From contig BPJG01000001.1 in NCBI GenBank assembly GCA_026004495.1, positions 70,470 to 134,469 of the forward strand: DNA of 64,000 nt. Direction: 5' to 3'. The translations under genes and the position numbers were made by a program. The stretch comes from Candidatus Parcubacteria bacterium. Its GTDB lineage: Bacteria > Patescibacteriota > Minisyncoccia > UBA6257 > HR35. This document shows positions 1-8,182 of the stretch, one piece after another; positions within the stretch are counted from its first letter, which is position 1; every line of letters begins with the position of its first letter. The notes below the pieces were generated by a model that saw only the letters and a list, made by a program, of their open reading frames with translations, was not told the origin of the DNA and ran no database searches.

Positions 1-1
1 G

Positions 2-235
2 CTTCAAGGCTTAGCAGATGAAAGAAATGAATCAGTCAAAAAATTAATTAGTGAAGTAATTAGAAAATGTAAAGAAAAAGGAAAATATGTAGGAATTTGC
101 GGACAAGCACCAAGTGATTTTCCAGAAATTGTTGAATTATTGGTCAAAGAAGGAATTGAAAGTCTAAGTGTTAATAGCGATGTAGTGGTTAAAACGATTG
201 AAATGGTTAAAAAATTTGAAGATGAAAATAAATGA
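2..235 (+). CDS. PEP-utilising enzyme C-terminal domain (PEP synthase / pyruvate,phosphate dikinase family), 3' partial
   Basis: Absent from the ORF track because it has no start in the window. Frame 2 reads ...KCKEKGKYVGICGQAPSDFPEIVELLVKEGIESLSVNSDVVVKTIEMVKKFEDENK*. The GICGQ.PS.P...L...GI.S.SV region is typical of the C-terminal TIM-barrel of PpsA/PPDK. The TGA at 233-235 overlaps the eno start. Confidence 0.75.
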   Translation, partial: LQGLADERNESVKKLISEVIRKCKEKGKYVGICGQAPSDFPEIVELLVKEGIESLSVNSDVVVKTIEMVKKFEDENK

Positions 236-1502
236 TATAAAAGTAAATAAAATTTTAGACTCAAGAGGAGAATGGACAATTGATATTGAAATTGAAAGTG
301 AAGGAATAAAAGAAAAAGCCTCAATCCCTTCTGGAAAAAGTATTGGCTCTCATGAAGTTGTTTGTTTAGATTGTGAAAAAATTAAAAAGAACTTAGATGA
401 ATTGTTGAAAGATATAAAAAATAATGATTTTCAAAATCTAAAAGAATTAGATGAATTTTTAATTAAAAGAGCAGGGAAGAATAAAGAAAAATTAGGAGGT
501 AACTTTACTTTAGGAATTTCAATTAGTTTTGCTCGCGTTTTGGCTAAAAGCAAAAATTTGGAGTTGTTTGAATATTTAAAGAACGAATATGCTCTAATAA
601 TAGAAGATGAATTTAGACAAATACCAAGATTAATTTTAAATATTATTGGTGGTGGAGTACATTCTTTTAATAATTTAGATTTTCAGGAATATTGGTTGGT
701 GACGCAGAACTACGCTGAACTGACGCAGAACTACGCAGACAATAATAAAACGCAAACCAATGCGAACTATAAGCTAAATAACGCTAAATTTCAGGTGAAC
801 TTATCCGAAGGAGAAAATTATTATGAAACGCAAAGCGATAAGAACTTAATGCGACTCAAAGCAAATAAATATGAATTTCTTATTTTTTTAATCATAGAAA
901 TCATAAATATTATTAATCAACTTGAAAATAAACTACCTAAACCATTAGGAAGAAATGATGAAGGAGCATTTTGTACAAACTTTAGTGATGATTATGAACC
1001 ATTTTTATATTTAAAAGAAGTTAATAATTTTGAACTTGGAGCTGATATTGCCGCTAATCAAATAACAAAGGTAGTTAATTGGGAAAATGTTTATCGCAAA
1101 CTAAAAATTTTGGGTGTTAAATATTTAGAAGATCCTTATAGAGAAAATGAATTTGAAAAATTTGCTGAACTTCGAAAAGAAGGATTTAAAGTAATTGGCG
1201 ATGATTTAACAGTGACCAATATTGAAAGATTAAAAATTGCCTTAGATAAAAATTCTGTTGATGGTGTAATTGTTAAACCTAATCAAATTGGCACCATAAC
1301 TGAAGCATTTAATTTTGTTAAATTAGCCAAAACAAATAATTTATTTACAATTTTTTCTCATCGAAGTGGAGAAACTAATGATAATTGGATAATTGATTTA
1401 GGAATTGCTTTTGGAGCAGATTATTTTAAAATTGGTGTTCCTTTACAAGGCGAAAGAGTGGCAAAATATAATAGACTTTTAGAGATTTATGGTAAAATTT
1501 AA
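222..1502 (+). CDS. eno: Enolase (phosphopyruvate hydratase) carrying an in-frame repeat insertion
   Basis: N-terminus KILDSRGEWTIDIEIE...IPSGKSIGSHE. C-terminus EDPY...VIGDDLTVTN...VKPNQIGTITE...SHRSGETNDNWIIDL...GERVAKYNRLLEI. The track ORF starts at 198, but the ATG at 222 gives a typical enolase N-terminus and overlaps the upstream stop. Confidence 0.92.
   Translation: MKINDIKVNKILDSRGEWTIDIEIESEGIKEKASIPSGKSIGSHEVVCLDCEKIKKNLDELLKDIKNNDFQNLKELDEFLIKRAGKNKEKLGGNFTLGISISFARVLAKSKNLELFEYLKNEYALIIEDEFRQIPRLILNIIGGGVHSFNNLDFQEYWLVTQNYAELTQNYADNNKTQTNANYKLNNAKFQVNLSEGENYYETQSDKNLMRLKANKYEFLIFLIIEIINIINQLENKLPKPLGRNDEGAFCTNFSDDYEPFLYLKEVNNFELGADIAANQITKVVNWENVYRKLKILGVKYLEDPYRENEFEKFAELRKEGFKVIGDDLTVTNIERLKIALDKNSVDGVIVKPNQIGTITEAFNFVKLAKTNNLFTIFSHRSGETNDNWIIDLGIAFGADYFKIGVPLQGERVAKYNRLLEIYGKI
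701..862 (+). repeat. GC-richer repeat-arm insertion, in frame inside eno
   Basis: The DNA reads gacgcagaactacgctgaactgacgcagaactacgcagacaataataaaacgcaaaccaatgcgaactat... and translates TQNYAELTQNYADNNKTQTNANYK.... It sits after the conserved FQE(Y/F) enolase motif, where enolases normally continue directly. It shares a 40-50 nt core with 1965-2010 and 2551-2600. Confidence 0.7.
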
Positions 1503-1552
1503 TGATTTATATTAAAATTTAATTAAGGTCGAATTAAAAAAAATTTTAAAAA

Positions 1553-1951
1553 ATGACTTCAGATTATATTCTTTTACTTTCAAGAGTGATTTTAGGTCTT
1601 TATTTTTTATTTAGTGGTTTTGCTCATTTTAAAAATTTAAATATGATGTCGCAGTATGCTCAAAGTAAAAATGTGCCAGCTCCTAAATTGGCTGTTATTG
1701 TTACAGGTCTTTTACTTTTAGTTGGTGGTCTTTCAATTTTACTTGGTGCTTATATTCAAGTCGGGGTTTTAGCTTTAACAATTTTCTTTTTACCTGTTAG
1801 TTTTATGATGCATAATTTTTGGACTGTTCAAGATCCACAAATGAAGATGATGGAAATGATTAATTTTATGAAAAATATGGCTATCTGGGCAGGAGTTTTA
1901 GCTTTACTTTTTATCCCTCAGCCTTGGCCATTCAGTCTTAGTTTGTTCTAA
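1553..1951 (+). CDS. DoxX family membrane protein
   Basis: 132 aa with four predicted TM helices. The N-terminus LLLSRVILGLYFLFSGFAHF is typical of DoxX. Confidence 0.65.
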   Translation: MTSDYILLLSRVILGLYFLFSGFAHFKNLNMMSQYAQSKNVPAPKLAVIVTGLLLLVGGLSILLGAYIQVGVLALTIFFLPVSFMMHNFWTVQDPQMKMMEMINFMKNMAIWAGVLALLFIPQPWPFSLSLF

Positions 1952-1954
1952 TTT

Positions 1955-2063
1955 ACGGTTATAGACTAACGCAGACAATATTAAAACGCAAACTAATGCA
2001 AGCTGATGCGGCTAATGAAGGTATTCGCAACGGTTCGCGTGAAAGTTCGCATAGGTTCGCGAC
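1955..2063. repeat. Intergenic copy of the repeat-arm family containing both orientations
   Basis: ctaacgcagacaatattaaaacgcaaactaatgcaagctgatgcgg is followed by four gttcgc words (ggtattcgcaacggttcgcgtgaaagttcgcataggttcgcgac). gttcgc is the reverse complement of the gcgaac word in the arms. Confidence 0.65.
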
Positions 2064-2072
2064 AAATAAAAA

Positions 2073-3941
2073 ATGAAGATATTAATTTTAGGTGGAGGAT
2101 TTGGAGGTACTTATACTTTAAAACATTTGCATAAGTTTTTTCATAATAAGAAGAAAGTAAAATTGGTATTGGTAAATAAAAAGAATTATTTTATTTTTAC
2201 GCCTTTGCTTCATGAAGTCGCTACTGGTGGAGTTTCAATCGATAATGCTTTAGAACCTATAAGAGAAATTATTAAATGTTGCGATTTTGATTTTATCCAT
2301 GGAGAAGTTGAAAAAATTGATTTAGAAAATAAAGTTGTTTATATAAATAAAGAAAGAGAAAATTATAATGTTGATTACGATTATTTAGTTATTGCTTTAG
2401 GTTCAAAAACAAATTATTATAATATTACAGGCGCTAAAGAATTTACCTTTTCTTTAAAAACAGTTGATGATGCCATAAGGCTGAAAAATAGATTTGTTCA
2501 TATGTTTGAATTAGCGAGTGTAGCGCAGACCTGCGCAGACTACACGCAGACTAACGCAGACAATATTAAGACGCAGACTGATGCGAACTACACGCAGGCT
2601 GATGCAGGCAATAATGTAGTGCAGACTAATGCAGAAAACAACGAGAATTTTCTTTATGAAGATTTAAGCTATAAAATTATAGGAATAGCTTATAAAATTA
2701 AAAAGAATTTAGGATTGGGACATAAAGAAAAAGTTTATACGAATTCCCTTGAACTTGAACTTAAAAAAGAAAATATCATTTATAAAAGAGAGGAAAAAAT
2801 CAGCGTGGTATATGATGGAAAAATAGTAGGAAACTATATACCAGATTTTGTAATAGAGGATAAAATTATTGTGGAATTAAAAACACTCCCCTTAATAGAT
2901 GAGAAGACAAAAAAGCAAATCTGGAATTATTTAAAGGGAACTAAATATAGACTTGCAATTTTGATTAATTTTGGCAAGAAAGATGTGGAAATATCTAGGA
3001 TAATTTATGATAAAGCAAGAAATTCTAATAGTCAGCAAGAGTCTGCGTCCAGTCAGAAGGTTGATAATAATGAAAGTCTGCAAAAGTCCGCGTCCAGTCT
3101 GCAAAAGTCTGAGTCTAATAAATATTTAACTTTTGTCATTGTCGGAGGTGGAGCAACTGGAGTTGAACTTGCTGGTGAAATGAGTGATTTGTTTTATAAA
3201 ACATTTAGTAAATTATATTCATCAGATTTAATTTCACAAGTTAAAATAATTCTAATCGAAAAAGGCAAAGAATTAATTCCTCAATTTTCTCCAAAATTAA
3301 GACAAAAAGCACTTGAAAGGTTAAAAAAATTAAAAGTTGATATTAGATTGGAAAGAGGAGTAATTGAAGTTGGTGAAGATTTTATTAAACTTGATGATGG
3401 TAATGTTATCGAAACAAAAACAGTTATTTGGGCAGCAGGAGTTGAAACTAATTTACCAGAAATTATTGGCAAGGTTGAAAAGGATAATAAAGGAAGATTA
3501 GTTGTAAATGAATATCTACAAGTAAAAAAGAAAATAGATATGTTAAGTCAGCAAGAATCTGCGTTAAGTCAGCAAGAGTCTGCGTACGATAATGTTTTTG
3601 CCATTGGTGATGTTTGTTGTTTTATTCAAGACCAAAAGCCTTTGCCACAATTAGCTCAAGTTGCAGTTAGACAAGTAAAAACAGTTTCTTTAAATATTAA
3701 AAATTCGATTGAAAATAAGACTTTACAAAAATTTGCTTACAAACATACTGGTGATTTAATTTCAGTTGGTAGATTTTATGCCCTAGGAGAAATTAAAGGA
3801 GTTGAATTTTCAGGTTTAATTAGTTGGTTTATTTGGAAAGGAGTTTATTTAAGCAAAATTATTTCTTTTCGAGATCAAATCAAAACATTTATTGATTGGC
3901 TTTTGAATTTATTTTTACCCAGAGATATTACTGAATTATAA
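2073..3941 (+). CDS. ndh: Type II NADH dehydrogenase (NDH-2, FAD-dependent pyridine nucleotide-disulfide oxidoreductase) with two in-frame insertions
   Basis: MKILILGGGFGGTY (first GxGxxG). FVIVGGGATGVELAGEM (second Rossmann motif). VFAIGDVC near the C-terminus. At 622 aa it is about 200 aa longer than expected because of the insertions at 2518-3120 and 3543-3584. Confidence 0.85.
   Translation: MKILILGGGFGGTYTLKHLHKFFHNKKKVKLVLVNKKNYFIFTPLLHEVATGGVSIDNALEPIREIIKCCDFDFIHGEVEKIDLENKVVYINKERENYNVDYDYLVIALGSKTNYYNITGAKEFTFSLKTVDDAIRLKNRFVHMFELASVAQTCADYTQTNADNIKTQTDANYTQADAGNNVVQTNAENNENFLYEDLSYKIIGIAYKIKKNLGLGHKEKVYTNSLELELKKENIIYKREEKISVVYDGKIVGNYIPDFVIEDKIIVELKTLPLIDEKTKKQIWNYLKGTKYRLAILINFGKKDVEISRIIYDKARNSNSQQESASSQKVDNNESLQKSASSLQKSESNKYLTFVIVGGGATGVELAGEMSDLFYKTFSKLYSSDLISQVKIILIEKGKELIPQFSPKLRQKALERLKKLKVDIRLERGVIEVGEDFIKLDDGNVIETKTVIWAAGVETNLPEIIGKVEKDNKGRLVVNEYLQVKKKIDMLSQQESALSQQESAYDNVFAIGDVCCFIQDQKPLPQLAQVAVRQVKTVSLNIKNSIENKTLQKFAYKHTGDLISVGRFYALGEIKGVEFSGLISWFIWKGVYLSKIISFRDQIKTFIDWLLNLFLPRDITEL
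2518..3120 (+). mobile_element. In-frame insertion cassette: 5' repeat arms, GxxExxY-family PD-(D/E)XK domain, then 3' inverted repeat arms
   Basis: The core is YEDLSYKIIGIAYKIKKNLGLGHKEKVYTNSLELELKKENIIYKREEKISVVYDGKIVGNYIPDFVIEDKIIVELKTLPLIDEKTKKQIWNYLKGTKYRLAILINFGKK, which is GxxExxY-like with the D...E.K nuclease motif. The 5' side carries repeated gcgcagac/acgcagac words (2521-2640). The 3' side carries gtctgcgt/gtctgca words (3030-3115), their reverse complement. The cassette lies between ...FELAS and KYLTFVIVGGG of NDH-2. Confidence 0.75.
3543..3584 (+). repeat. Solo tandem 21-nt repeat arms inserted in frame in ndh
   Basis: ttaagtcagcaagaatctgcg is followed by ttaagtcagcaagagtctgcg, translating LSQQESA LSQQESA. 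The word agtcagcaagagtctgcgt is identical to 3030-3048 in the large cassette. Confidence 0.8.
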
Positions 3942-3949
3942 TTAAATTA

Positions 3950-5386
3950 ATGGAGCCTCTTTATCTATTTAACACCCTAAGTCGAAAAAAAGAAAAATTT
4001 AAACCTTTGAAAGATAAGATAGTAACGATGTATAATTGTGGACCGACTGTTTATGAAAGACCACATATTGGTAATTTAAGAGCCTATATTTTTGCTGATA
4101 CCCTAAGAAGAACGCTTGAATACAATAGCTATAAGGTCAAACAGATTATAAATATTACTGATGTTGGGCATTTAACTTCTGATGCTGATACTGGTGAAGA
4201 TAAAATTGAAAAAACTGCTCGAAAAAAAAGAAAAACTGCCTGGGAAATCTCTCACTATTTTGAAAAACTTTTTAAGGAAGATATTAAAAAATTAAATATT
4301 AAAAATCCTTTTAAGTTTCCTCGAGCAACTCAACATATAAAAGAAATAATTGAGCTTATAAAGATTCTAGAAAAAAAAGGCTATACTTACAAAATTTCTG
4401 ATGGTATCTATTTTGATACTTCTAAATTTAAAAATTATGGTGAATTAGCTGGCTTAAAGAAAAAAAAATTCATTGCCGGTGCTAGGGTTGAAATAAATCC
4501 TGAAAAAATAAATCCAACTGATTTTGCTTTGTGGAAATTCTCGCCTAAAGATATTAAAAGACAAATGGAATGGAAAAGTCCGTGGGGTATCGGTTTTCCT
4601 GGTTGGCATATTGAATGTTCAGCAATGTCAATGAAATATTTAGGTAAAACAATTGATATTCATACTGGGGGTATAGATCATATTAATATTCATCATACAA
4701 ATGAAATTGCTCAATCAGAAGCAGCAACTGGTAAAAAATTTGTTAACTATTGGCTTCATGTAAATTTTTTAAAAGTTGAAGGAGAAAAAATGTCAAAAAG
4801 TTTAGGAAATATTGTTACCCTAGAAGATATTGAGAAAAAAGGTTTTCAACCGCTTGCTTTCAAATATTTAGTTTTAACCTCCCATTATCGTTCAGAAATG
4901 AATTTCACTTGGCAAGCAATGGAATCAGCTCAAAAAGCATATAATTTAATTTTAGAAACAATCTCCAGTTTTAATCTTTCTATTAATTTGTATAAATCAC
5001 TATCTATCAACAGACAACTTTCAATTCTACATAGCTCTGCATCTAGGGAAATATTAAATATTATTAATGATGATCTTGATACTCCTCGATTAATTGCTAA
5101 ATTATGGGAAGTTTTAAGACTAAATGAAAATTTAAAATTTAAAAAAATTTTTGTTTTAAAAGCTGATAAAATTTTAGGATTGGGATTCAAAGAATTTTTA
5201 GTAAAACAAAAGTTACCAGCCAAAATTAAAAATAAAGTATTATTGAGAGAAAAGCTGAGAAAAGAAGGGAAATGGCAAGAAGCTGATAAGATTAGAGAAA
5301 AAATATTAAAAGCTGGTTATAAAATTGAAGATACTAAACAAGGCCCAATTATTAAAAAAGTCGTTATTAAAAAATTAATAAAATAA
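3950..5386 (+). CDS. cysS: Cysteinyl-tRNA synthetase
   Basis: MYNCGPTVYERPHIGNLRAY (HIGH), GWHIECSAM, KMSKSLGN (KMSKS), DDLDTP. Confidence 0.92.
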   Translation: MEPLYLFNTLSRKKEKFKPLKDKIVTMYNCGPTVYERPHIGNLRAYIFADTLRRTLEYNSYKVKQIINITDVGHLTSDADTGEDKIEKTARKKRKTAWEISHYFEKLFKEDIKKLNIKNPFKFPRATQHIKEIIELIKILEKKGYTYKISDGIYFDTSKFKNYGELAGLKKKKFIAGARVEINPEKINPTDFALWKFSPKDIKRQMEWKSPWGIGFPGWHIECSAMSMKYLGKTIDIHTGGIDHINIHHTNEIAQSEAATGKKFVNYWLHVNFLKVEGEKMSKSLGNIVTLEDIEKKGFQPLAFKYLVLTSHYRSEMNFTWQAMESAQKAYNLILETISSFNLSINLYKSLSINRQLSILHSSASREILNIINDDLDTPRLIAKLWEVLRLNENLKFKKIFVLKADKILGLGFKEFLVKQKLPAKIKNKVLLREKLRKEGKWQEADKIREKILKAGYKIEDTKQGPIIKKVVIKKLIK

Positions 5387-5387
5387 A

Positions 5388-5912
5388 ATGAATAAAAATT
5401 TACAAATAACTTTGGGACTTTTGCGTCTTTCATTGGGCTGGATATTTTTTTGGTCATTTTTAGATAAACTTTTTGGTTTAGGTTTTTCTACTTGCAGAAA
5501 TAGAGAAATAAATATAGTAGATTATTTTTGCCGAGATGCATGGATAAATGGTGGCTCACCAACTTTTGGCTTTTTAAAATTTGCAGTAAAGGGACCTTTT
5601 GCTGAAATTTTTAGATCAATGGCAGGTAACCCAGTTGTTGATTGGCTATTTATGTTAGGACTTTTAGGAGTTGGCTTAGGATTAATGTTAGGAATTTTTA
5701 TTAAACTTTCAACATTCTTTGGCGGATTAATGCTTGTTTTAATATATATTGCTGGCTTTATTTTGCCGGAACATAATCCATTTTTAGATGAACATTTAGT
5801 TTATACAATTTTAATGGGCTTGCTTTATCTTTCAGATTCAGGTAATTATTTAGGCTTAGGTAATTGGTGGCAAAATACAAAATTAGTTCAAAAATATAAA
5901 ATTTTAAAATAA
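5388..5912 (+). CDS. DoxX-like polytopic membrane protein
   Basis: LGLLRLSLGWIFFWSFLDKLFG followed by several TM helices. The start is 1 nt after the cysS stop. Confidence 0.5.
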   Translation: MNKNLQITLGLLRLSLGWIFFWSFLDKLFGLGFSTCRNREINIVDYFCRDAWINGGSPTFGFLKFAVKGPFAEIFRSMAGNPVVDWLFMLGLLGVGLGLMLGIFIKLSTFFGGLMLVLIYIAGFILPEHNPFLDEHLVYTILMGLLYLSDSGNYLGLGNWWQNTKLVQKYKILK

Positions 5913-5931
5913 ATTTTATTACCTTATTTTT

Positions 5932-6510
5932 CTAATATTTTATATGAGGGAAATTTTCAATCCTGCCTAATATTCTAACTTTTAATTTTTTAACGCCCCA
6001 TTTTATAGCTTCATCTACGTTATCAAAATAAACATCAATCTTGTTTCCTTTAACTGCACTGCCAGTATCTAATGCTATGGCATAACCATAATCTGGAATT
6101 TCTAAAACAGTTCCTAATGGAATAATCTCAGGATCGACTGCAACAGTACCCTTTAATGCAGGTAACCCAGAATAAGTAATACCATAATCTTTTCTACCAG
6201 GCATCTTACCCGTAGACTCAGGCCCAGAGGTATAAGCAGTCGCTACTACTTCTAAGGTTTTTAAATATTCAATATTTTTTTGTGAATTTTCTATTATTTC
6301 TTCTAGATCTTTTTTAACTTTCTCATACATTAATTGTTTTTCTTTTAATTCTTTTTCTTTTTCTTCAATTTCTTGCCTAAGATTAGATATTTCTTTGTTA
6401 TCTTTTATAGTTTTTAAACCAAATAAAACAGCTAAAGTCATAAAAAAAGATTTCTTTAAAAAGTCTCTTCTAGAAATTTTTTTATCAAAAAATTTAGGAG
6501 TCTTTTCCAT
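5932..6510 (-). CDS. 3D-domain (RlpA/MltA-like barrel) cell-wall protein with N-terminal anchor and coiled coil
   Basis: VVATAYTSGPESTGKMPGRKDYGITYSGLPALKGTVAVDPEIIPLGTVLEIPDYGYAIALDTGSAVKGNKIDVYF matches the 3D-domain pattern. There is an N-terminal TM segment. Confidence 0.75.
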   Translation of the reverse strand: MEKTPKFFDKKISRRDFLKKSFFMTLAVLFGLKTIKDNKEISNLRQEIEEKEKELKEKQLMYEKVKKDLEEIIENSQKNIEYLKTLEVVATAYTSGPESTGKMPGRKDYGITYSGLPALKGTVAVDPEIIPLGTVLEIPDYGYAIALDTGSAVKGNKIDVYFDNVDEAIKWGVKKLKVRILGRIENFPHIKY

Positions 6511-6552
6511 TTTTATATAAAATTATAATTATATCAAAAAAAATTATAAATT

Positions 6553-7372
6553 ATGTCAAAGCTTAAAAAAAAGATTTTTCAAATTATTAAAAAAATTCCA
6601 TCTGGTCAATTTTTGACATATAAACAAGTTGCGATATTAGCTCATAATGAAAAAGCTTTTAGAGCGGTTGGCAATATTTTAAAATATAAGGCTAAATTAG
6701 GGAAACAATTTATAAATATTCCTTGTCATCGAGTAATTAAAGGTGATTATACTGTTGGTGGATACTTGGGTAGAAAAGATTTAAATTGGTTAAAAGCAGC
6801 TTTACTTTTAAGAGAAGGAGCAATCGGAGTTATTCCAACTGATACAATTTATGGCATTTGTACATCTGCTTTTAATAAAAAGTCTGTTGAAAAAATTTAT
6901 AAATTAAGAAAAAGAAATCCTAAAAAGCCTTGTATAATTTTGATTTCTAACTTAAACGATTTAAAGCTTTTTAAGGTTCAGCTTGAAAATTGGCAAAAAT
7001 ATATTTTAAAGAAAATTTGGCCAAGTAGAATAAGCGTCATTTTGTCTTGTAAATCGAAGAAATTTTCTTATCTTCATCGCGGAACAGAAACTTTAGCCCT
7101 TAGATTACCCAAAGATAAATTTATACTAAAAATTTTAAAAATTTCAGGACCATTAATTGCTCCATCAGCAAATTGGGAAGGGCATGAATCAGCAAAAACA
7201 ATAAATAAAGCAAAAAAAATATTTTAATAACCATGTATTTTATTTAGATAGAGGAAAACTAATTAGTGACCCCTCAAATTTAATCGATTTAACTCACAAA
7301 GAAATAAAAATCATAAGAAAGGGAGCTGATAATGATAAATTAGATAAATTTTTAAATTATAAATTAGTATAG
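6553..7372 (+). pseudogene. MGMT-like DNA-binding domain fused to TsaC/Sua5/YrdC threonylcarbamoyl-AMP synthase, interrupted by a frameshift in an A8 run
   Basis: The N-terminus has FLTYKQVA...IPCHRVI (the MGMT PCHRV motif). It continues GVIPTDTIYGICTSAFNKKSVEKIYKLRKRNPKKPCIIL (YrdC/Sua5). The ORF stops at 7227, but the next frame from 7220 continues YFNNHVFYLDRGKLISDPSNLIDLTHKEIKIIRKGADN...* to 7372, which is the expected PS.i.Dlt...ilR.G C-terminus. The shift lies in aaaaaaaa at 7212-7219. Confidence 0.7.
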
Positions 7373-8044
7373 ACAGAATAACCCTGGGTATCATTTCTAC
7401 ATAGACATACCTTAAAGTTTATATCAATCTGTGATATATATTTTTTAGGTTTTTTGTTTTTAAATCTTGGAATTATTTTAATTAAAAAAGTTAAAATATA
7501 AAAATTCATAATTTCATTAGATTATTAAAATTATATCTATCAACATTATTAGGTGATTTATTAGAAACGTAATATTTTAATAAACTTAGTAACTAAAATT
7601 ATAATAGTAAGCTGTTGGAAGCAGATTATAAAAATTTATTTTAATAAAGATAAAATGTTTTTTTATGTACTATTTATAATATGTATATAAAGAAAGTCAA
7701 AGATAATTTTAATCCCTCAAGTTTGAGAAAATAGAAATTAGCCCTTAATAAAAGCATAGAAAAAATAAAACCAGAACATAGATCTTTTTGACTATATTAG
7801 AACATTTAAAAATTACATCATTAAAAGTATAATTATCTTATAAAATTAACCTTTCTTTAGTAATTATTTGATAGTCTTAAAGCTTCTATTGTATTAGTTT
7901 TATATTTTTTTACTTTTTTTAATATAAGAAATATTAAAATATCATTAAAAAAGGGGAATTCATAAAAATGAAACCAAAAGATAAAAGTTAAAATAAAATC
8001 AGAATTTTAGTTCAATGAAAATTTATAATAAAAAAAATTAATTT

Positions 8045-8182
8045 TTAAGATTCATCATTATTATCCTTATCTTTATCACATTTACAACATTCTGGACATT
8101 TATTGCATAAATCACATATATCTTTTTGTAATTTATAACATACCTTACAGAAATTAGATCTCTTTAATTTTTCTTCTTCCAT
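8045..8182 (-). CDS. Possible 45-aa Cys-rich (zinc-ribbon-like) small protein
   Basis: Absent from the track because it is under 60 aa. It reads MEEEKLKRSNFCKVCYKLQKDICDLCNKCPECCKCDKDKDNNDES*. Eight Cys are arranged in CxxC, CxxC, CxxCC and C patterns. No clear RBS is present. Confidence 0.3.
   Translation of the reverse strand: MEEEKLKRSNFCKVCYKLQKDICDLCNKCPECCKCDKDKDNNDES

Noticed and set aside
2518-3120. Intein or group I/II intron as the explanation for the ndh insertion
   Set aside because: There is no Cys/Ser/Thr at the N-terminal junction, no His-Asn plus nucleophile at the C-terminal junction, and no Hint blocks. The flanks are low-complexity word repeats rather than a structured intron core. 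No reverse transcriptase or maturase is present.
701-3590. Diversity-generating retroelement (TR/VR pair) suggested by A-to-G differences between repeat copies (aaaacgcaaac versus aagacgcagac)
   Set aside because: The window has no reverse transcriptase. The copies differ at non-adenine positions and in length as well. The repeats lie in unrelated housekeeping genes rather than in a C-terminal variable domain.
4960-5050. Possible insertion in cysS (SFNLSINLYKSLSINRQLSILHSSAS) analogous to the eno/ndh repeat arms
   Set aside because: The DNA does not contain the ACGCAGAC/GCGAAC words and is not GC-enriched. This linker is naturally variable among CysS proteins.
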